Shown: positions 19,708-32,843 of the stretch, in pieces
Numbering within the stretch: the stretch's first letter is position 1
Layout of the letters: every line of letters begins with the position of its first letter
From: Cercozoa sp. M6MM
Taxonomy: Eukaryota > Protista > Endomyxa: Ascetosporea
DNA: 56,509 nt
Direction: 5' to 3' (one strand)
Assembly: GCA_040357565.1 (NCBI GenBank)
Contig: JBDODJ010000074.1
Position numbers and translations under genes: made by a program
Notes under the pieces: model-generated
Told to the model about the DNA's origin: nothing
Databases searched by the model: none
What the model saw: only the letters and a program-made list of their open reading frames with translations

Positions 19708-21580
19708 TTAGAAATCGTCGTCAAACGTGAAATCGTCGACAGTGACGTCGTTGGAGCCGGCAGCAGCGTCGGACTTGTCGAGGCCGGACATGACGCCGGC
19801 CTTCTGGTACTCGCCGACCCGTCGCTCAAAGAAGTTGGTCTTGCCCTGCATCGAGATCATCTGCATCCAGTCGAACGGATTCTCCACGTGGTACGCCTTC
19901 TTGTGTCCAAGCGCATACAGCAGCCGATCGGCCACGAACTGAATGTACTGCGTCATGAGGCCGCTGTTCATGCCTACGGGGGGGGGGGGATAACCGAAAG
20001 GTGATGGGGCGGTAAAAGAGGGTGTAACACACCAATAAGCTCGCACGGCAACGCCGCCGTGATGAACTCGGTCTCGATCTCGACGGCGTGCGTGATGATA
20101 CGTGATGCGATCTCGTCGCTCAATCGGTAGTTCAGCTTCTGGTACAGCAGGCACGCAAAGTCCGTGTGCAGGCCCCTAGCAGTCAGGGAGGGGTAGAGTA
20201 GGTCGGGCAGAGTAGGTTGGGGCAGAGTAGTAGGATAAGATAGAGTAGGGTAGGATAGGATAGAGTGGGGTAGGATAGGATAGAGTAGGGTAGGATAGGA
20301 TAGAGTAGGGTAGGATAGGATAGAGTGGGGTAGGATAGGTTAGAGTGGGGTAGAACTAGACCTACTCGTCACGTGAGATAAGCTCGTTGGAGAAGGTGAG
20401 GCCCGGCATGAGGCCGCGCTTCTTGAGCCAGAAGATGGCGCAGAACGAGCCCGAGAAAAAGATGCCTTCGACGGCGGCAAAGGCCACCAGACGCTCGGCG
20501 AAACTGTTGGTGCTGTTGATCCAGTCGAGTGCCCACTGCGCCTTCTTGTTCACGCACGGCATCGTCTCCTGTGTACCCAGACAGTCCCATAGATACAGTC
20601 CCATACACTTAGAATAACGAGGGTTTGTGCGTGTGTGCGTGTGTGTGTGTGGGCAAGACTCTACCATGGCATGGAAGATGCGCTCCTTCTCGGCCGGATC
20701 GCGTACGTACTGTTCAATCAGCAGCGAGTACGTCTCCGAGTGCACGTTCTCCATGGCCGCCTGGAAGGTAAGGGAGTAAAGAGCAGGGTTAAGGGTCAGG
20801 AGGTAGATGAAGGGGTAGGACTACAGGGTACCTGGAAGGAGTAGAAGCAGCGCGCCTCGGGCAGCTGCACTTCGTTGGTGAAGTTGACCATGAGGTTCTC
20901 GAGCACAATGCCGTCGCTGGCAGCAAAGAAGGCCAGCACCGTCTTGACAAAGTGCTTCTCGTCGTCGCTGAGTTTCTCCCAGTCCTTCATGTCCTGCGCC
21001 AGGTCGATCTCTGCAGTTCCACCGAATCGCAGTGAGCCCATGATGCTCCCAAATTATGCTTTAAAAAGGTCAAACTACCGTCGGCCGTCCAGAACGACGC
21101 CATGTGTTTTTTGTACATTTTCCAGATATCCATGTCCTCGATCGGGAACAGAACGAAGCGGTTATCGTTCTCGCGCAGCAGCGGCTCGTCCTCGTCGCGT
21201 CGCGAGCCTGAAAGAAAAGCATTAATAAATTAAACTAAAACTGAACAAGAGCAACCAAAACCTAAAGAAACCAAAAATATAATGCAAAACAGATAAAACC
21301 CAATTTTGGTAGAAAATTAAACTGTTTGGCAGTTCAAACACCAGTTTAAGTTGAAAGAAGCTAATGGAGAACACATGTGACAGTTCAAACACACGGAAAA
21401 CAAACCGGACTTGACTGGCGTGGCCGACATCTCGCTGGCGCCCTTGGTGATCTGCTTGCCCACGAGCACCTTCGACGTGTCGACACTGAGACCAGAGGCC
21501 GTCTTGCCGTCGCCGCTCGAGCTCATGGCAGCCGCCAGGGCATCATCTGACGTGTCCGGGAAGAAGTCAGCGTCGGCCAT
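19708..21580 (-). CDS. RNR2: Ribonucleoside-diphosphate reductase small subunit (class Ia R2)
   Basis: RFVLFPI...FWTADEIDL...[13 protein letters not shown]...ENVHSETYS (Fe ligands and radical Tyr)...[12 protein letters not shown]...[17 protein letters not shown]...[14 protein letters not shown]...FTFDDDF*. Confidence 0.98.
20190..20355. repeat. Intronic minisatellite built from TAGGA/TAGGG/TAGAG pentamers (~20-bp higher-order unit)
   Basis: tagagtagggtaggatagga repeated within an RNR2 intron. Confidence 0.9.
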
Positions 21581-21815
21581 GGCTCTGTTTGTCTCGTCTC
21601 TTTCTACTTGCGCGTCTGCCCTACTGCGATGTAAGGGTGTATGTATGGATTAAAGAGAACACGGGTCGGATCGCACGTGAAATGACACAGAAAGGCAGAA
21701 CAAAAGAAACCGTACATGCACACAGAGCACACATACCCACACACCCACCTGCACCGTACACTACCTGAAAGCGACACGTACGATAATAACGTGCTGAGTC
21801 GTTGGGGATGGGGCG

Positions 21816-21833
21816 GTTTTTGGCGCCAAAAAC
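21816..21833. promoter_or_regulatory. Perfect 18-bp palindrome GTTTTTGGCGCCAAAAAC, a candidate double E2F/DP site, preceded by a GC box
   Basis: Contains TTTGGCGC (E2F consensus TTTSSCGC) on both strands. It lies in the 395-bp spacer upstream of RNR2, a classic E2F target. Confidence 0.7.
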
Positions 21834-21975
21834 AAATGAGTGCCGATTCTGTTGGATTCTAAAATACAAAATTCCGTCCAGTTGGACATTAATGTACTGA
21901 TTCTGGGGTGCTGTAGCGAATTAGTACATTACTGGGCGAGTTTAGGCGTTTTTTACATTTAATTTTTGTTGATAC

Positions 21976-23305
21976 ATGTTGTATCTTCGACAAGTACGCC
22001 CGGTGCATCAAGCGCGCAGGTTTTTTGTGCGTAACACTGCGGTCGCCGATGACGGCAGCGATCTCGTACCTCTCTCTGAGCACGCTGCGTTCTTGGCCGT
22101 TGCAGTACTGTGCTGTGGCTCAGTTTGGATCGGCACCGTACTACTCGACACACCTGGGCGTCGTAGTAGAGACACCTGCAGCACGAGTAAGGTTTATACG
22201 GAAGGCGTGTTGTATGTCCCGACTGGAGCGTGGTTCAGTGGCCAGCACAACTGACTGACTTTACCGAAGACAACGTTGACGAGTACGGTAGAGTTCTTTG
22301 GTGTGTTTTAGTTGTTTCTTTCAACTGGGTGGTTTTTTAAAGGTGCAAGACAACTGCAGCATGTCCAGGAGCAAGTGCAGGCTTTGAGACGTCCTGGACC
22401 TCTGAGGGTAGTCTTGTCACTACTATTATGTTTCTGTTGGTTCAGTTTTATCTTTGTGCAGTTACCCAACACGAAAGTGACGGCGATTGACGCCTCTGTT
22501 CTCACCGAGTGCGCCGAGGATCTCTTTGGCGGTACCAACTTTCTGCTATCTGTTAACCGATGTTAATTTAACAGGTTTCTTTTAAAAACAGGCGACGTTC
22601 TAGTGTTCCCAGACAACGTGCTAGTGCGTGGAACTATTGGCGATGCCAAAAGTGTGCTCCGTATACTTGTACTGACTTTGTTTTATCACGGTACGAGTTG
22701 AATTTTCTGTGGCACAGTGACGAAACTGCTGGAAGCACTGGCCGAAAGCCAACTCGACTGGAACAAACCGTTGCAGAACGAAAGCAGCGCCGACAACGGC
22801 AATTGGAAGCGCAAGTTTGATCCGTTCGACAAAGTTCTGACGAAACACGAGTTCAAGCGACTGTCACAGGTACTGTATCCTGACTGTGTCGACTTTTGAA
22901 AGTCGGGGAATGCAACCCATCGTGTGTGCAGACTGTGCTGGTGTGTGCACACGCTCAACGCGACGTCCACTGCCGTCGCTGCGGTGGACCGACGCTGCAG
23001 GTTATCTCGAGACACGTTGACAACAACGATGGTATGTCTACCTTGCATATTGTTTCACCCTCAATGATGACCATCATGTAGTGGCGGAGGACACAATGGT
23101 GCTTGCCACGAGTCACGTGGGCGGACACAAGTACGCACCGTGCATTCTCACCTACCCTTCTGGTACGATTCTGCACTACCACCGTCCTTTTGTCCTGTAC
23201 ATTGTCGACTCTTAAATCTTAAATGTCCAGGCAACTGGTACGGCCTGGTCGAGCCGCAGGAACTGCCCGAACTCCTGACCACTGAGGCAAAGGGCGGCAC
23301 CTACT

Positions 23306-23404
<99 letters not shown>

Positions 23405-23489
23405 AGGGTTGGCATACGTCTGGGCAGGGCACAAGTGGCGTGGCCGTGCGGGCACAACGAGACGCCAGTACGCCGATCTCATTGAATAA
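21976..23489 (+). CDS. Aim32/Apd1-type thioredoxin-like [2Fe-2S] ferredoxin (sucrase/ferredoxin-like family)
   Basis: Arg-rich presequence-like N-terminus; GSAPYYSTHL; GDVLVFPD; VLVCAHAQRDVHCRRCG (C-X8-C); SHVGGHKYA (H-X-G-G-H); GNWYGLV; WRGRAG. Confidence 0.9.
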
Positions 23490-23717
23490 TCAATCCCCGA
23501 GTGAGGCTCGTTTTTATTCGACTCGACTATCGTATCAAAGCGAAAGTCAGCCAGGTTTAATCCCGTCCGATAAAAACAGGGCACGAGGCTCACAGTCAGT
23601 TTAGTCGAGTTCAGCTTGTCAGTCAAATTTGCGTGCATAGGTTTAACTGACTGAAAAGTACGCTCGCGTTGTCCAACGTGAGTGAGCGTGAATCGCAGCG
23701 ACTCGTTTTTTTGTTTG

Positions 23718-24266
23718 CTAGTGACGTTTCGATCGGAGCACGCGGTTCTTTTGCTTGCGCTTGTAAGTCACGCTACGATCTGTAGTACCACATGCCATGA
23801 TGAGACAGAAACAGAGAAAGTCAAGCCGCCTTGAGCCAGTGTGATGGTGTACCACGACGGCGCTGTTTGAGGTCGCGCCAACGCCAGTCGTAGAAATCCT
23901 CGTCATCGTCACTGTTGCTCGTGCCGTCAACATCATCTGCCTCAGCGGCCAGAGCGCTCACATGGCCGTCGTTGTCACGCCTCCGGTCACTCGAAAGCAC
24001 CGGCGGCATTCGCACGATTTCGAAACCATCCTATATAACAACCAAGCATAAACTGCGATGTACTTTTTAGAATAACGATGCCGTACCGGTTCCGAGTCCC
24101 GATCGAGTTGCAACGAGCGCATCTTGTGCACAACGAGACCCTCCAATAAAGCATCTCGATAGCTCATGCCGGTGCGACCATCGGCTACGTCCATCGTCTC
24201 GCAATCATCGTCAGTGTTTCCAACAAACAGACTAAGCAGGTTTTGCGCCAGTGCTGCAATGCTCAT
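23718..24266 (-). CDS. Small hypothetical protein (~140 aa) with acidic middle and basic C-terminus
   Basis: Three exons join in phase: MSIAALAQNLL...SYRDALLEG...DDDEDFYDWRWRDLKQRR...KRKQKNRVLRSKRH*. Confidence 0.55.
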
Positions 24267-24584
24267 CCTGCAGAAAAACCGGCGAGTCCGAATGTCTTTG
24301 AATTCACCAAAATTCCCCACAACGTTCTCAGAACCAAACAAACCTTCGTTTTTTGCCCTATCTAGTGTTCCTTGAGTATTCCTGCGGGCTTGCCAAACTA
24401 TTTTAGTGGTTCACGACACCAAATTTAGCGTTTTCTGGAACCAAAAACTCTTCCAGCGGGACAAATAGGCGGGACAATTGGACTAAACAACTAAAAAAAT
24501 CAAGATACCAAAAAGGCGTCTTTGCCGCCCTGGGTGTGTGCACCGTTGATGTTGTCTCGTGTTGCAAGACTTCAGCTGCGTAAA

Positions 24585-25166
24585 ATGAGCAAGCAGGCAA
24601 TCTTTACCGAGGCTGCTCCGCGGTGAGTATATGAAAATCAAGATGACGCGTGTTTTGGTTTAAATACCCTTTCGTGTAGTGCTGTGGGCCCGTACTCGCA
24701 AGCCATCCGTGCGGGTAACACCCTCTACTGCAGTGGCAGTGTTGGTATTGACCCGGCCACCGAGAAGATGGCGGAAGGCGTCGAGGCTCAGACGCGGCAG
24801 TCGCTCACGAACCTCAAGGCCGTCATCGAGGCGGCTGGCTCGTCTATGGACCAGTGCGTTTGACTCTTGTGTCCTCATAAACTCTGTGTGTGCAGTGCTG
24901 CATGTCCTTCTGTGTTCAGGGTCGTCAAGACCACTGTGCTGCTCAACGACATGGACGACTTTGCCGTAACGCCAGTGCTTTTTGGAGACGCGCCTGTAGC
25001 TTATTCTGTGTGTTTGCTGTGACAGGTCGTCAACCGCGTCTACGCCGAGTTCTTCCAGCAGCCGTACCCCGCGCGTGCTTGCTACGCTGTGCGCGAGCTG
25101 CCCGTCAAGGCCAAGGTCGAAATCGAGGCCATCGCCATCTGCAACACCAGCGCCAGTGCACTCTAA
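24585..25166 (+). CDS. RIDA: RidA/YjgF/UK114 enamine-imine deaminase
   Basis: [12 protein letters not shown]...[11 protein letters not shown]...[17 protein letters not shown]...[14 protein letters not shown]...YPARAC...[13 protein letters not shown]; catalytic Arg present. Confidence 0.96.
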
Positions 25167-25385
25167 AATTGTTTGTTGCCTAGCAGTACTAGTGCCGTGC
25201 ACATACCGCACAGCTTTACTCAGTCTGCCAGAATGAACTATCGTGGGCGTCTTCTCTGAAGCCAGCCAAGTAGAACCCTGCATCTGGGGCGGGTCACAAG
25301 AGCACTCTTTAGTATTGATTAAGCGCGTTAAGATAGGTTGTTTGAGTTGAAAGAGACAACACCGAGACAGCTAAGCACTGGAGGT

Positions 25386-25930
25386 TTACTCAGTCTCCTC
25401 GTCGTCGACCTTCTGGGCGACGAGGCCCTTGAACGACTCGACGTGGACGAGCTTGATGTCCGTGTAGAGCTTGGAGGCGGCCTCCTCCTCACCGTCGGCC
25501 TCCTCGCGGCGACGGCAGAGACGCACGCGGATGCGGCGCGGCACGTTGCGGATGCCCTTGGACCAGATGAACTTGTTGACCTCCTGGTCGACGCGGTTGT
25601 CCTCAGTGCCCATCTTCTCCTTGGCGAACTCCTTGATGGCCTTGATGGCACGCGGGGCCTTCTTCTTGAAGGTCCTGTGCACACAGCATCACGAGTGATA
25701 CCAGCACGTAAGCACGTTGTGTGCCAAGCACAAAAAAAAAACCCTCAGAAAAGGACAAAAGTTTTTCGTCAAACAACACAAACATTGTGCGTCGGAATTA
25801 GCATGATTTTGATCATCATTGGGTCGCTCACACAGAGAAAACAACGAAAAATAGCTGAAACTTACACGGCGTGGAGACGCTTGTGCAGGTTGATCGTGTA
25901 CTCGACCGTGGCGATCTCGTTCTTGGACAT
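25386..25930 (-). CDS. RPL31: 60S ribosomal protein L31 (eL31)
   Basis: TVEYTINLHKRLHAV|TFKKKAPRAIKAIKEFA...WSKGIRNVPRRIRVRL...SFKGL; one coding intron. Confidence 0.98.
25741..25824 (-). ncRNA. Intronic box C/D snoRNA, snR53-like (predicted guide for the 18S rRNA site equivalent to yeast Am796)
   Basis: Sense: ACCC-a-ATGATGA (C box)...TCATGCTAAT-T-CCGA (guide plus D')...TTGACGA (C')...CTGA (D)-GGGT, with a 4-bp terminal stem. The guide is complementary to conserved 18S AUUAGCAUGG. Located in an unusually long RPL31 intron. Confidence 0.85.
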
Positions 25931-25983
25931 GCTGAGAAACAGAGCGGACCATCAGTGACACAACAGACCAACCTGGACTCTCA

Positions 25984-26193
25984 TGCGCGCACCGGCCGGC
26001 TTTAGTGCTCCTACACACCTCATGACCACGCAACAGAGCCCCCACTCTTCACAGAGCGGGACAGCTGCTTGTGATCACGACCCGGGCCGGCACGCGCGCA
26101 GAGCAAAACAGACACGCGGCACAACACTGCGGCACCTGATGTACAGGAAACCGCAGTGCGGCAAAAACGGGATCATGCCTCAGAAAGCATGAT
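25984..26193 (-). ncRNA. Unassigned structured RNA (three stem-loops) in the 292-nt 5'-UTR intron of RPL31
   Basis: Intron 25932-26223 (GTGAGT...TTTCTCAG). Stems at 26172-26193, 26124-26159 and 25984-26100; many G-U pairs form only on the transcribed strand. Confidence 0.6.
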
Positions 26194-26391
26194 AGTGGCA
26201 CGCACGAGAGACAGGGAACTCACGCTGGGTGCTGCAAACAACAAAAACACGTGGGGTGTGATCCAACTTGTATTTTTCGTATTTTTGTTGCGCATTCCGG
26301 GCAATCATCAGGTCCAACTTGGACCGGTTAAGGGAACGAAACCTATCTCATCGCGTTCTTTGTAGCTGGCAGAGGCAATCAGTGTGTTCCG

Positions 26392-28445
<2,054 letters not shown>

Positions 28446-28668
28446 TTAGTTTCTGTCTGTCACTATCTAACACTGCTTGCCTCAATAAACCGCAATGCAA
28501 CACCGTCCACTCGACACCCCCCCTCCCCCTCCCCTGCGCTGCCTGACACAGTCAAAAATAGTTTGGTCGAAACTTGGAGTAGCCAGCGTTTTCGGACGTA
28601 CAGTAACGTGAGAGCACCCATAAGGCACTAGATCAGACTCGCATTTGCCTTCTTGACAAGGTTGGACA

Positions 28669-29047
28669 ATGACTAAACCTTCAGCTCCCGCGACCATCTG
28701 TACATTGTATCTTTTTGGAGTTTTGCTTTTGCTTTTTGGGATAATGTAATTCGTCGCTCTTGCAGCATGGTTGTCGAGTGTACTGAAACCACGCGTTGAA
28801 GGACTCAAAGATCGTGGCGAGCGGATTGCTTCAGCCCTGTAAGATTGGTGTTCCCAACAAGCTCTCGTTCCACCATGACATTTTGAGCCGTTTGCAGAGG
28901 CCGACACCCCTTCTTGGTGGCCCTTGCAGGCACATCTGCGGTCGGTGGCAGCGCTGTGTACTCATCTTGGGACGCTGTGGCACAGTGGCTCGGCGATCGC
29001 ATCGCTGCGCATGTTGCGTATTGCGGTATGCTCCATTAACTCATGTC

Positions 29048-29094
<47 letters not shown>

Positions 29095-30390
29095 ATATAT
29101 GTATATATATTGTTGGGTCCTCAGGCGGTCTGTACGATAACGGAAAAGCCAGCGTGGCTTTTGGACTGCCCAAGCTGACGCGACGTTCTTCCATGTGCTT
29201 CTCCTTGTGAACTGATTGTGCTTGATACAAACTTGCACTAGCAGTTTCGGGCACACTGAGTCGTCGGGAGTGTCACTGACGCGTCTTTTGTTCGATGTGG
29301 ATGCTGCAGGGGTTGGTTATGTTCCTTGCTGTCATACTTTGTTACCTTCTTGTTCTCTGTTCCCTTATACTTAGGCACCACCAGTGCTGGACGAAGCCTT
29401 GAGCGACCGCGTTTCGCGAGTGCTGGCTCACTCCGATGCCTTTGTTGGCAAGGGTACCAGCAGTCCAAAAATTGAGTTCAACAGTGAACGCGAGGTTCAA
29501 CACTGCTTAGGCGTGATTGCACTGACCGGTCCGCCTCGCTGCGGTAAGAGCGCCTTTCTGGAGGCCTTTCTGCGTGCTCTGCGCTTCGAAGGCCGCAGCG
29601 ATGACGTGCGTCTGTCTATCATTGAAGCCTCGGTACCTCGCATGTGCTCAATCAGTACTCGCTCACAGGCAAGCACATGGTGGTGTGCAGAGCAACATCT
29701 GGGAACTCGTGGATGCTAAGACTTTCAAACGACGCGGCGACACTCCGCTGGCACGCGTGCTACTGTACCCTTTTTCTAGACAAGAGTAGTTCTCCAGTCG
29801 AGCACGCACGTGTAGCTACCTGAGCAACGGCAAGCCGAGATGGTACGACACCCGCCGTCGTCAGGTCTGTCTTTGCCCTTTTTGTTTTTTCTCTTGGTGC
29901 CAAAGCGAGAGAGGAAAGCGCAGATTCTCGTGGTTCTCGACGACTTTGAGCACTACGTCCCAGATGCGAAAACACGGTCAGTTTTTTTATTTGTGTGTGT
30001 GGGATCCTATTGGCACTCTTGTCTGTGAGCAGGAAGCAAGTGCTGGGTGCGCTGCGACGTTGGAGTGCCACGAGTGGCGCCGACCTGCGTTTCCTCGTGG
30101 CCTGCCGGGATGCTTCCCAGTGCGTTTCCTCCACAACACCACGTCTGCTTTGTATTCCAGCTATCTGAGCAGAATGGGCGCGGAAGATGGCGTTTGGACC
30201 ATCGAGATGAAACCGCACTTGCCCGACTCCAAGTTCCTGCGGTACTGTGTTTCTTTGGCATGTTTTTGGCCACCTCTCGCTTGCTTGTATGCCTTTATGT
30301 CTGTGCAGTCAAGTCGCCAAGCACCACGGAGTCACCAAAGCACTCGAGACTACCGACAGGCCACTTTTCTTAGCTGACCTGCTGCAGTGA
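28669..30390 (+). CDS. Divergent P-loop NTPase with a single AAA+-like domain
   Basis: Walker A IALTGPPRCGKS; Walker B ILVVLDDFE; LRFLVAC strand; ends LFLADLLQ*. Start position uncertain. Confidence 0.7.
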
Positions 30391-30570
30391 TGTTCGCCTC
30401 GCTCGAGCCTGTTCCGACTGCAGAGAATTTTTGACAAAAAATACAGTCACATGTATCATCTCGGATCTCTTGCTTCGCCTTTGGCCTAAAATAAATGAAA
30501 AAAAAAACCACAAGAAAAGCCGCTAAGATTGTGTGTGGCGATGTGCTAATACTTCTGAAAATAGTGGCAC

Positions 30571-32683
30571 ATGCATGTCGATGTATTTCGAGATTGTGTT
30601 CGAGTATGGCGCGATGGTGTGCTGCTCGGAGTGCTTGCTTGGCCGGCCGACGGTGCCTACCTGCTTGCTTCGGAGCATGGAAGCGAAGACAGTGTAACTG
30701 TGGTGACGTGGGACTCAGAGGAACTCGTGGTTGCCCGAGTACCCGTCTCTGTGCAAGGTGCTTGCAAACGACGGCGACTGCAGCGTTCTGAGGATGCTCG
30801 AAGCGTTTCTCCGACGTTCCAGTTGGACACGTGTCTCGTGACGCGTCACTGTTTCGCTCGTTCCGTTCTTGTGGTGCTCCGCCTGTCTCGGAACACTTTC
30901 GCCGGCTGCAGCGACGATCGAAACGAAGTGATCGTTTTCGATGGAGAGAAACTCGTGCAGCGACACTTTGCACTCGAAGCGGCGCCACTTCGCGCTGCGC
31001 TGTGCTTCACTCGTCGGTACTGTGCTTTCGAAAAACGCAGAGCTTGGTTTCATCCCTGTTTTTAGAGCGAAAGTAGACGCCAGAGACGTTGTTGCGCTCG
31101 ATGATTTGGAGGTGGCACTTCGTAACAAACTCAGCAGCAACGGTGCCGATGAGGTCGTTGTTGTGGCCTCGAAACACGGCTCTCTGTTCGTGCTCACAAG
31201 TGACCCCACAGATCAATCATTTATTGCGTCGAAACTGGTCGAATTGGACGCTGCTGACACTGCTGAGTTCGCAGCATTGCTATCGACACCTTCGTCGATC
31301 TTCTGTTTTTCGGTAGTTCTGTATCGTTGTGCCTTGAGGAGTTTCGATAGTTTTTGTCTGCAGCAAACATCCGTGCAGCGCGTGTTTGTTGAGAACGATC
31401 CGAGGGTGCCTTTAATTCGAGGTGATCTGCCTTGTAGTGTATCAGTTTGATTGGTAACACAGAGAAGAATACGAGTGATGACGTTTCATTTCGGCCGACT
31501 CGAGACCGGAACACTTTGTGATGTGCACTTGCTTCGACGCGACGAGGATGCGTGTGTTTACTTTCTTAATCCTCTACTTTCCTTGTGTACCTTTATCTTC
31601 CTCCCCGATAGAAACATGGAGCAGGAGCGATCGCAGAAGAGCGTAGGCGGCAGGCGGAAACTGCCGAACCTGGCGCGTCAGTTTCTGCTCCAGCAGCAAC
31701 ATGCGCAGCAGTTTCGCAGCGAGCTTTCGCAGTTCTGTTTCGTGCTGAAGTTCGAAGTCGCCAGTTGCGATGTTTCTGCTTGGTGGCTACTGCAGTTGGC
31801 AACACGTGGAGACAACCTTGTCACACTGCGTACGGTGCCGTGTCACTCCGAGCCGCGCGACTTTGCGCACGCCCAACGTGTGCTGGCTGGCGAACTAGAT
31901 CTGGTACTTACCTCCTTGACCCCTACCCTCACCATACTCTCCATACTACCCTGCTCTTACCCTCACCCTACCCTTACCCTACCCTACTCCTCCTCTTACC
32001 CTAGTCTACTCTACTCTTTCCCTATCCGTACCCCCCATAGGTCCAGATAGCGCGACTGCAAGCGGCGAGTTGGCGAGCCGAGTCTGAGTACTCGCGTGCT
32101 TGTGCACACAGCGAAGAAACGCTGCAGCAGGTGGCACTGGCGAAACGCGTCGTTGCGGCACCGGTGACTGCGCACTGCGAACACTTCACGGCGCAGCACG
32201 GACGTCGCTTTGTGAAACTCGGTCTTGGCACTCGCGCCGATCTCGCCGGCAGTCTGGTAGACTCTCTGCTTGCTTAGAGGGGCAAATACCTACTTAAGGG
32301 GCAAACAGGCACTCAAGGGAATGCTATATGGAGTGTTTAAGGGGTACTTAATAATTAAAACAGCATTCGTGTGCCAGCAGGTATCGATGCAACTCGAGTC
32401 AAAACACGCCTCGGCGGCAACAACGACGCTGCAGATTCCGTTCCACCACTGCGATAACTACGTGCACGAACTCGAGTGGTTCGAGCCCGAAACTCTGCAC
32501 TTGGCCTCTGCGGAAATCTCCGTTGGCACACTGTGTTCGCGTCGCATCGATCTGCGCAGAGACCCGACTCTTCCACAGTCGGAGGAACTCCAAGTGCCTG
32601 ATGAAGCTGCCACCGAAACTAACGACAACGAGCGCAACCTGCCAGATCTAACTGACTTGCGAGATTTTGAGTTGTTGTGCTAA
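30571..32683 (+). CDS. Hypothetical protein: beta-rich N-terminus, helical middle, beta-rich C-terminus
   Basis: Long open exons (30571-31017, ~31065-31312, 32381-32683) linked by GT-AG introns; no diagnostic motif recognised. Confidence 0.6.
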
Positions 32684-32843
32684 ACTTCGCTAGTGCAAAC
32701 CCCTGCAGCTGTTTTTCGAGTCGTCATTTTAGCCGGCGTTGCAAAGCGTCACGTTTTTGTTGTTTTGCTCTTAGACTTCTTAGCGAACTGGTTGCAGTGT
32801 GGGTTGTGATTGCAAGAGTAACAGCACGTGCGCACACACAGTC

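Noticed and set aside
25932-26223. TPP riboswitch, U3, RNase MRP, SRP or H/ACA identity for the RPL31 leader structure
   Set aside because: Diagnostic motifs are absent or in the wrong order; kept as unassigned.
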